Of a stretch of 55,580 nucleotides of DNA, positions 18,690 to 24,941 are shown in pieces. Made by a program: the position numbers and the translations under genes. Position 1 is the stretch's first letter; each line of letters opens with the position of its first letter. Under the pieces are notes generated by a model. The model did no database searches, was not told the DNA's origin, and was given only the letters and a program-made list of their open reading frames with translations. Location: IMG/VR virus record IMGVR_UViG_3300036884_000126, positions 1-55,580 of that record, one strand, 5' to 3'. Origin of the DNA: a virus (Duplodnaviria > Caudoviricetes).

Positions 18690-18935
18690 ATGGCGATATT
18701 GATCACGCACGAGGGCGGTCTGCTCGAGTTCGAAGACCGGGAAATGGTCAACCGGGTCTGCGAGCAATACGAGTTTGAAGGAAAGGATTTGGATGAAGTC
18801 GTCGAGAAGGAACTGCATCGCCTGGGCGAGAAGATGATGCCCTGCAAGCGAGGGCCAGGGCTGACGGTCTTCAAGTTCTATCGCTTCGTGCTCTGCGGGC
18901 CTGGGAAATACACGCCGTGTTATTTGGAGATATAG
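18690..18935 (+). CDS. Hypothetical protein
   Basis: Packed + strand ORF. Confidence 0.5.
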   Translation: MAILITHEGGLLEFEDREMVNRVCEQYEFEGKDLDEVVEKELHRLGEKMMPCKRGPGLTVFKFYRFVLCGPGKYTPCYLEI

Positions 18936-18947
18936 AGGGAGCCTACG

Positions 18948-19151
18948 ATGATCGTTGACTTGAAGAACGAGGATGCGCAAATCGTCGTTCTTGCCCTGGC
19001 GCAACTCGCGCTTGATCGGCCGGGGTGGGATCACATGATCGGGCTTATCGCCAAAGAATTTCACGGTGAACAGACATTTCAAACGTTCAAATGGATAAGC
19101 GCGGACCGCTTCAAGCTCTTGCCTATGCCGGACGGTTCGCCAAGGGAGTGA
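18948..19151 (+). CDS. Hypothetical protein
   Basis: AGGGAG SD; LALAQLALDRPGWD motif. Confidence 0.55.
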   Translation: MIVDLKNEDAQIVVLALAQLALDRPGWDHMIGLIAKEFHGEQTFQTFKWISADRFKLLPMPDGSPRE

Positions 19152-19155
19152 GTTC

Positions 19156-19416
19156 ATGCCCTGCATTCCTGTTGATCTTGGCAACGGAGCATTTGCCATC
19201 GTCTGCTTGCGCGGCGAGCGCACGAAGCCGTGCCACTACTGCGGACGCCCAAGTGAGAAGCTGTGTGATTATCCGCTGCGGGGGCCGAAGGCGGGGAAGA
19301 CGTGTGACATCCTGATGTGCTCCCGTTGCGCAACGCACGATCCGCCGGACAAAGATTATTGCAAGGCACATGCGCCGATAGTCATGAAGGAGCGCGATGA
19401 AAAGCTCCCGTTCTAG
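19156..19416 (+). CDS. Cys-rich Zn-finger protein
   Basis: CHYC...LCDYP...TCD..MC..CA...DYC..H. Confidence 0.65.
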   Translation: MPCIPVDLGNGAFAIVCLRGERTKPCHYCGRPSEKLCDYPLRGPKAGKTCDILMCSRCATHDPPDKDYCKAHAPIVMKERDEKLPF

Positions 19417-19615
19417 GCCGGCCTTTCCTTACCTTTACGTCTGGAAGAAGAAGTTCATGCGGACGCTCGACCGGAAGGGGCAGCGCTGCCGGATCCTCTC
19501 GCGGGGAAGGATGAACAGCATACAGGTGGAATTTCAGACGGATGGCTTTCGGGCCATCGTGAGCAGCAACGCGCTGCGGAGGGCAAAACCTAATGGGTGC
19601 AAAAACGGGCATTGA
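19397..19615 (+). CDS. Hypothetical phage protein
   Basis: RKGQRCRIL.RG.MNS..VEF..DG....S.NALR motif. Confidence 0.6.
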   Translation: MKSSRSRPAFPYLYVWKKKFMRTLDRKGQRCRILSRGRMNSIQVEFQTDGFRAIVSSNALRRAKPNGCKNGH

Positions 19616-21023
19616 ATGGACGGACGCGACGTGGAATCCGGTGACGGGCTGTACCAAGGTGAGCGCCGGGTGTAAGTTCTGCTATGCAGAGCGCGATTTC
19701 CACCGGCCATATCCTGAGAGGGACTTCTCGGATGTGCGCTGTCATCCCGACCGGCTCTCCTGGCCACTCCGATGGCGCGGCTCGAAACAGGCGAAAGCTG
19801 AAGGCCGGAGATCCCGCATCTTCGTCAACTCGATGAGCGACCTGTTCCATGAAAGCGTCCCATTTGAATTCATTGATAAAGTTTGCGGAATGACCCACGC
19901 CTGCGCTCAACACACGTTTCAGATACTCACCAAGCGCCCTATCAGGATGGTGGAATATGATTACTGGAGAGCCGCAAACAATCCACATGCCCCGGCGTGG
20001 CCGTCCAACGTCTGGCTTGGCGTCTCGGTCGAAGACCAGAAGACTGCCGATGAGCGGATACCGCTACTGATCCAGACGCCAGCGGCGGTGCGATTTGTGA
20101 GCTATGAACCCGCGCTGGGGCCGGTGGATTTCTCCCCGTATTTTAGATATGATCCAGTCCATGGAAACAAAACACAACGAAGAGTTTGTTTATCAGGCAG
20201 TGAAGTCGGGCGACCTCCAAATTATGGACGATGGGACAGTCTGGAGGATTCGGAAGCGCGGGTGGGATCGCTGGAAGAAATGCGTTGTGAGCCGATTATG
20301 CAAGCCGGTGAGAGCCGAACACGACTGCGGGGAATACCTTCAGGTCCGCGTGATGATCGACGGGAAGAGGGTTTATTGCTTGGCGGCACGGCTGATATGG
20401 CTTCATTTCAACGGAGCAATTCCCGGCATTCTCACTGTGAATCACAAGGACGGGAAAAAGAAAAGAAACCGCTTGAACAATCTGGAACTGGCGACCAACT
20501 CCGAGCAACAGAAACATGCCGTGAGAATCTTGAAGGTCGGACATGCCTGCGATCAGAACGGCCCCAAGAATTCAATGGCAAGATTGACCATCAAGCAAGT
20601 ACGCGAGATACGGAGTCGCCGAGAGCAAGGGGAGAAACTGGTGACGATAGCGCAGGATTACGGGATCAGATTTCAAGAGGTATCAAGAATAGCCCGTGGG
20701 GATCGGTGGGGCTCAATCTCATAATCGCCGGCGGAGAGTCCGGGCCGCACGCGAGGCCCGCACACCCCGATTGGTTTCGCGCTATTCGCGACCAGTGCCA
20801 GGCGGCGGGAGTGCCGTTTTTCTTCAAACAGTGGGGTGAGTGGCTTCCAGCCGATAAACACATGCAAGGGATGTGGCCGGAAAAAAAGAACGGCAGGCCA
20901 ATTACAAGAGAGTGGTGGCCGTCGGTCAACTGGGGTTCAGGATTGATTTCGTACCGAGTCAGTAAGCAGCGTGCGGGCCGACTGCTCGATGGCAGGGAGT
21001 GGAACGAGTTTCCGGAGGGGTGA
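19593..21023 (+). CDS. DUF5131 / phage Gp37-Gp68 family protein (radical-SAM-like) with a ~190-aa internal insertion
   Basis: IEWTDATWNPVTGCTKVSAGCKFCYAE, IFVNSMSDLFH, FQILTKRP, NVWLGVSVEDQ, RFVSYEPALGPVD ...insert... IIAGGESG, PFFFKQWGEW, GRLLDGREWNEFP. Confidence 0.92.
   Translation: MGAKTGIEWTDATWNPVTGCTKVSAGCKFCYAERDFHRPYPERDFSDVRCHPDRLSWPLRWRGSKQAKAEGRRSRIFVNSMSDLFHESVPFEFIDKVCGMTHACAQHTFQILTKRPIRMVEYDYWRAANNPHAPAWPSNVWLGVSVEDQKTADERIPLLIQTPAAVRFVSYEPALGPVDFSPYFRYDPVHGNKTQRRVCLSGSEVGRPPNYGRWDSLEDSEARVGSLEEMRCEPIMQAGESRTRLRGIPSGPRDDRREEGLLLGGTADMASFQRSNSRHSHCESQGREKEKKPLEQSGTGDQLRATETCRENLEGRTCLRSERPQEFNGKIDHQASTRDTESPRARGETGDDSAGLRDQISRGIKNSPWGSVGLNLIIAGGESGPHARPAHPDWFRAIRDQCQAAGVPFFFKQWGEWLPADKHMQGMWPEKKNGRPITREWWPSVNWGSGLISYRVSKQRAGRLLDGREWNEFPEG
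20161..20724 (+). CDS. HNH homing endonuclease overprinted in the +1 frame inside the DUF5131 gene
   Basis: YLQV...ARLIWLHFNGAIP..LTVNHKDG.K.RNRLNNLELATNSEQQKH; C-terminal G.KN.MARLT..QVREIR...HTH; frame open from 20104. Confidence 0.88.
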   Translation: METKHNEEFVYQAVKSGDLQIMDDGTVWRIRKRGWDRWKKCVVSRLCKPVRAEHDCGEYLQVRVMIDGKRVYCLAARLIWLHFNGAIPGILTVNHKDGKKKRNRLNNLELATNSEQQKHAVRILKVGHACDQNGPKNSMARLTIKQVREIRSRREQGEKLVTIAQDYGIRFQEVSRIARGDRWGSIS

Positions 21024-21214
21024 TGAAAAACCGAGAGACGTACAGTACGGGGGCGGGAATCATTTGCATGATGATCGGGGCCTTGATCATTGCAGCAACC
21101 GGGCATCATATCAGCGGGCCTGGGGATGTTGGCCTGGGGGTCACAATCGGCGGAATGGTAATGAGCCTGGGCGCTGGTATCGTGATTGGGGCCCAGGTAT
21201 CCAGAAGGGAATGA
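21023..21214 (+). CDS. Small membrane protein
   Basis: Two hydrophobic segments; GGAGG SD. Confidence 0.55.
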   Translation: MKNRETYSTGAGIICMMIGALIIAATGHHISGPGDVGLGVTIGGMVMSLGAGIVIGAQVSRRE

Positions 21215-21220
21215 TGAAAC

Positions 21221-21568
21221 ATGGTCAATGATTTTCGAACCTTCACAGCCTGGGCCTTGGGCGTGCTTTCGGCGCTTCTGGTCATGACGTTGCTTGATGC
21301 GAACACGCTGCGCGGATGGGCGCTCGGCGTATATCTTGGTCTTCTGTTCGTCGGTCTGTTCGCCTCATTTTGGCGAATCTGCGGAAAAGCCTGCGTCGAG
21401 ATCATACAGTTCATCGAAGGCGGCATCGACGCTGGGCGGATCCGCAACACAATCAATAACGCCATGCCGATGAACAGGCTTATAATCCAGCCCGGAGAGC
21501 TGGAGGTCATGGGGGGCTTGAATGGGCGCAGGGAATTGCGTGAGGACCGCGATGGAGGAGTCCGTTAA
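21221..21568 (+). CDS. Membrane protein
   Basis: Two N-terminal TM segments. Confidence 0.55.
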   Translation: MVNDFRTFTAWALGVLSALLVMTLLDANTLRGWALGVYLGLLFVGLFASFWRICGKACVEIIQFIEGGIDAGRIRNTINNAMPMNRLIIQPGELEVMGGLNGRRELREDRDGGVR

Positions 21569-21621
21569 AGCGGACAAACCACAGGAAAAGATCTTGAGCA
21601 GCATAAAAAGGAGATCCGGTC

Positions 21622-22470
21622 ATGAAAGCGAAGAAGAGTCCCGACAAGAAGATGACGAAAGCCGCCGCGATGAAAGCGGCCGCCGAAGAAGTGAACGCAC
21701 GCGTCGCGAAGAAGGCCGCACGCAAACCGAATGCGCCCAAAGCCAAGAAACGCGAAGAAGTGGTGGCCATGGCCAGTACGGAAGTGGTCGCCTCTGTAGC
21801 TGCCGTAGCGAACCCACAGACAGCGCTCGCGAAGAAGGAACCAACCGGCCTATTCCACTACGATGCGGCCTGTCGCGAAATTGAACTGGCAAAGACGATG
21901 GATGAGGCGAAAGGCTTTTCAAATAAAGCCGAAGCCATCCGAGTGTATGCGCGGCTGATGGACGATCGGAAGCTGGAAATCGATGCCATAGAAGTTCGCG
22001 GACGCGCAGAGCGGAAGTGGGCCGAGCTGCATGAGGAAGTGAAGGCGAAGGGCGGAGAGCAATATCACGAAGAGGGCACTGGTGCAAAAAAGGAACCAGT
22101 GCTCACCCTAGAAGAGCTGGGCGTGGACAAGAAAGAGAGCGCCGAAGCTCATAAACTCGCCGCGTTGCCGAAAGAAGAGTTCGAGCAGAAGGTTGCAGTC
22201 TGGCGCGAGATCGAAGAGAAGGGCGACGGACACGTCGGCAGACACATCTTAAACGCCGGAAAGAAGAAGCAGGGGCGGCAGCAACGAGAGCGGGCACCAG
22301 CGCCATTCGATGAAGAGAGCCAGCTTGGGCAACTTGCCCATGCATTCCGAAAGGCGGTTGAAAATCTGTGGCCAAAAGAGAGGGATTTAACGCCAGTCAT
22401 CGGTCAGCTGCGCCGTTATGCTGATTACCTTGAAAGCGTGCAGTTGAAAGGGGTGCCCAATGGACAATGA
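21622..22470 (+). CDS. Helical phage protein resembling the N-terminal domain of the methylase at 9332
   Basis: AAAGGAG SD; K/A-rich N-terminus; RAERKWAEL...ELGVDKKESAEAHKLAALP. Confidence 0.65.
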   Translation: MKAKKSPDKKMTKAAAMKAAAEEVNARVAKKAARKPNAPKAKKREEVVAMASTEVVASVAAVANPQTALAKKEPTGLFHYDAACREIELAKTMDEAKGFSNKAEAIRVYARLMDDRKLEIDAIEVRGRAERKWAELHEEVKAKGGEQYHEEGTGAKKEPVLTLEELGVDKKESAEAHKLAALPKEEFEQKVAVWREIEEKGDGHVGRHILNAGKKKQGRQQRERAPAPFDEESQLGQLAHAFRKAVENLWPKERDLTPVIGQLRRYADYLESVQLKGVPNGQ

Positions 22471-23875
22471 AACGGACATGATTTGTCTTGCTCCCAAGGC
22501 GCACATCCTGTACAGCATCGCAGCGCAGAGACTTTCATGGTGGCAAATCTTGTGCGAAGGTATCGACAATTCCTTGGATGCGGGAGCGACGTGGGTTCGG
22601 GTCACTGTACGGGGCAAACGAAGTCTTTCAATTGCTGACGATGGAAGCGGCTGCCAAAACCTCCATGACATGGTGCAGCTCGGGGCAACCACGCGCCACA
22701 AAACGACAAAGCTCGGCCGATACGGCATAGGTCTCAAAGATTTGGCGCTCGTTGCCGGCGGGGCAGATTCGACCTTTCAAGCGAAGACGACTGTTGGTTC
22801 ACTCTTCAGTCAGCTTGAAATAAAGTGGAGTGAATTCGCAAGCAGAGGGTGGATTTTGCCTCGCATAGATCCAGTTAAGACGGAGTCGGTTATGAGCGGC
22901 ACAACGGTGACGATCATTCCACTCCTGAGAAAGTTTCCGGAAGGCAAAGACCTCACAGACTTGATGGATCAAATCGGTTATCTTTTCTCGGCGGCGATTA
23001 AGGCTGGAAAGCAAATCACAGTACAGATAGACAGGGATCCGCCGATCATCGTGCAGCGATGGAAGATGCCGCCGTTGAAACAGTCAGAGCCGATGGTCGA
23101 TCAAGAGATAGAGGTGGGTGGGCAAAAAGCGAGGGTCTATTGTGGAATCGTCGAAGACGGCGCTCCCAATCGCCGCTGTGGACTGACTTATCTCTATGGG
23201 TTCAGGGTCATAATTCCGGCAGGGTCTAGCGGTTGCGGCAACTATAGTCCGGCGCGTATCTGCGGCTTCGTTGAGCTTGATGATTCATGGCCGCTCACAA
23301 AAAATAAGGACTCGATCATCGCGGCGGAGGCACTCTTTGCTGCGGTCGAGCAGGTCTGTCTTCCGGTTTTGAAGCGAGCCGAGGAAATAGGAGAGTTGAT
23401 CTGTTCGGCGGCGTTCGACCATGATGTTACCTGCTTGCTGCGGGGCAGTATGGACGTTAAGGATAATCAGAAAGCTCATCGGCCCGGCTCGGGCGACATA
23501 CGTGGGACAGCGGTTCCAACCGGTAAGGGAGAAGAGCACAAGCGAGCGCGTAAAACTCAGCCTGGGGGGAAGCTGCCACGGCATGACGCGAGCAGCTTCA
23601 GCGTGACACATGGTCATTTGGGAAACGGAACGATTGGACAAGTTAAGTATCCATACATTATTCTCAATTTAGACAACCCGTTTATTGCTCAGGCTCGCAA
23701 GGAAGACAACAAGACGGCAGCGGTACTTGCAGCCGCAACGCTGATCGGTGTCCAATGCTGCCTCGTTCCTAATAGCCAGATGAAGTTGAAATTCTCGGTT
23801 GGAGAACAACCAGAAGACATTTCACGCGCTGTAGGGGAAATTCTGAGCGGAACGATTATAGCCGAGACGGAATGA
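22460..23875 (+). CDS. GHKL (HATPase_c, MORC/Hsp90-like) ATPase
   Basis: EGIDNSLDAGA (N box), IADDGSG (G1), GRYGIGLK (G2), GTTV. Confidence 0.85.
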   Translation: MDNETDMICLAPKAHILYSIAAQRLSWWQILCEGIDNSLDAGATWVRVTVRGKRSLSIADDGSGCQNLHDMVQLGATTRHKTTKLGRYGIGLKDLALVAGGADSTFQAKTTVGSLFSQLEIKWSEFASRGWILPRIDPVKTESVMSGTTVTIIPLLRKFPEGKDLTDLMDQIGYLFSAAIKAGKQITVQIDRDPPIIVQRWKMPPLKQSEPMVDQEIEVGGQKARVYCGIVEDGAPNRRCGLTYLYGFRVIIPAGSSGCGNYSPARICGFVELDDSWPLTKNKDSIIAAEALFAAVEQVCLPVLKRAEEIGELICSAAFDHDVTCLLRGSMDVKDNQKAHRPGSGDIRGTAVPTGKGEEHKRARKTQPGGKLPRHDASSFSVTHGHLGNGTIGQVKYPYIILNLDNPFIAQARKEDNKTAAVLAAATLIGVQCCLVPNSQMKLKFSVGEQPEDISRAVGEILSGTIIAETE

Positions 23876-23876
23876 G

Positions 23877-24101
23877 ATGCCGATGAGCCGTCACTACCGT
23901 GGCTATGACGCTCGGGATCACGGCAAAAGCCTGGAATCATCCGCAAGGCAGCGGGAAGTAAGGGAGCATCGGGATAGCCGGCAGCGCAACTTTGTGTGTC
24001 CCGGATGTTCTCAGGTTTTTAAGAACGATTTGGATTTCAAGGTGCATTGGAAAGAGGCGCATATCCGGAAAAGCCCGGACAGTAGCCAAAACCCCCTATG
24101 A
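23877..24101 (+). CDS. Small protein with a C2H2 zinc finger
   Basis: FVCPGCSQVFKNDLDFKVHWKEAH. Confidence 0.55.
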   Translation: MPMSRHYRGYDARDHGKSLESSARQREVREHRDSRQRNFVCPGCSQVFKNDLDFKVHWKEAHIRKSPDSSQNPL

Positions 24102-24820
24102 ATAAACCCATTGAAGGACGATGCGGCGCCCAGCTTCGCAGGAAGCCCGGGATATTCTGCGCCAAGTGGCCGATTCAAGGGCGCACGCGCTGCCGACTTC
24201 ACGGTGGCATGACGCCACGGGGAATCGCGAGCAGCAGCTTCAAAGAGGGCTACTTCTCGCAGGCTATGCCGGGCGCGTTGCGCGGCAAGTTTTTGAGGGC
24301 GCAGGCAGACCCAGACCTGCTCTCGCTGGCGCGGCGCGTGGCGCTATTGGATGCGCGGCTGGCCGAAGTGTTACCGCAGACGGCGGAGCCGGGGGGAGAC
24401 TGGGTAGCGGCGGTGCAGGCGTTCGACAAGATGGACGCGGCGCAGGCGTCTAAAAACGTGGAAGGCGCACGGCAGGCATGGGGTGAATTGCGGGTGGCGA
24501 TCAAGGGGGGCGGGGCAGCCGAGGAAGCGGCACGGGAGCGGTGGCGCGAAATTGACCGGCTGGTCGAGGGCGCGCGCCGGCTGATTGACTCGATCCAGAA
24601 GCACCAGGTGCAGCAAGCCCAAGTCGTCACATTGATGCAGATGAACACGCTCTTCACGGGACTGGCGAATCTGGTACGCAAGGAATTCGTGCGGCTGACG
24701 GCGCAGACGAAAGATGAGCGGGAGAAGAAGGCGATCCAGGAGGCGCTGCGGAACGTGTCGGTGGGATTCCAGAAGCTAGGGAACGTCACGACGCCACTGC
24801 TGGCTGAAACTGTCCAATAA
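24098..24820 (+). CDS. Putative terminase small subunit (HGGxSTG-type N-terminus)
   Basis: CGAQ.R...C......GRTRCRLHGG.TP.G; directly upstream of the large terminase. Confidence 0.7.
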   Translation: MNKPIEGRCGAQLRRKPGIFCAKWPIQGRTRCRLHGGMTPRGIASSSFKEGYFSQAMPGALRGKFLRAQADPDLLSLARRVALLDARLAEVLPQTAEPGGDWVAAVQAFDKMDAAQASKNVEGARQAWGELRVAIKGGGAAEEAARERWREIDRLVEGARRLIDSIQKHQVQQAQVVTLMQMNTLFTGLANLVRKEFVRLTAQTKDEREKKAIQEALRNVSVGFQKLGNVTTPLLAETVQ

Positions 24821-24941
24821 GCTGAAGAAGGCAAAACAACCCGCAAGGAAACCGGCGCGCATCAAGCGCCTTGCCGATCCGTCGGCGTCCGACGCGCGGG
24901 ATGTAGGGCCGCTGGGAGGCAGCCTACATAGGGCGCAACTC

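Noticed and set aside
20131-20724. Group I intron or intein as the explanation for the DUF5131 insert
   Set aside because: The HNH ORF fills nearly the whole insert, leaving no room for a ribozyme core, and there are no C/S...HN intein termini
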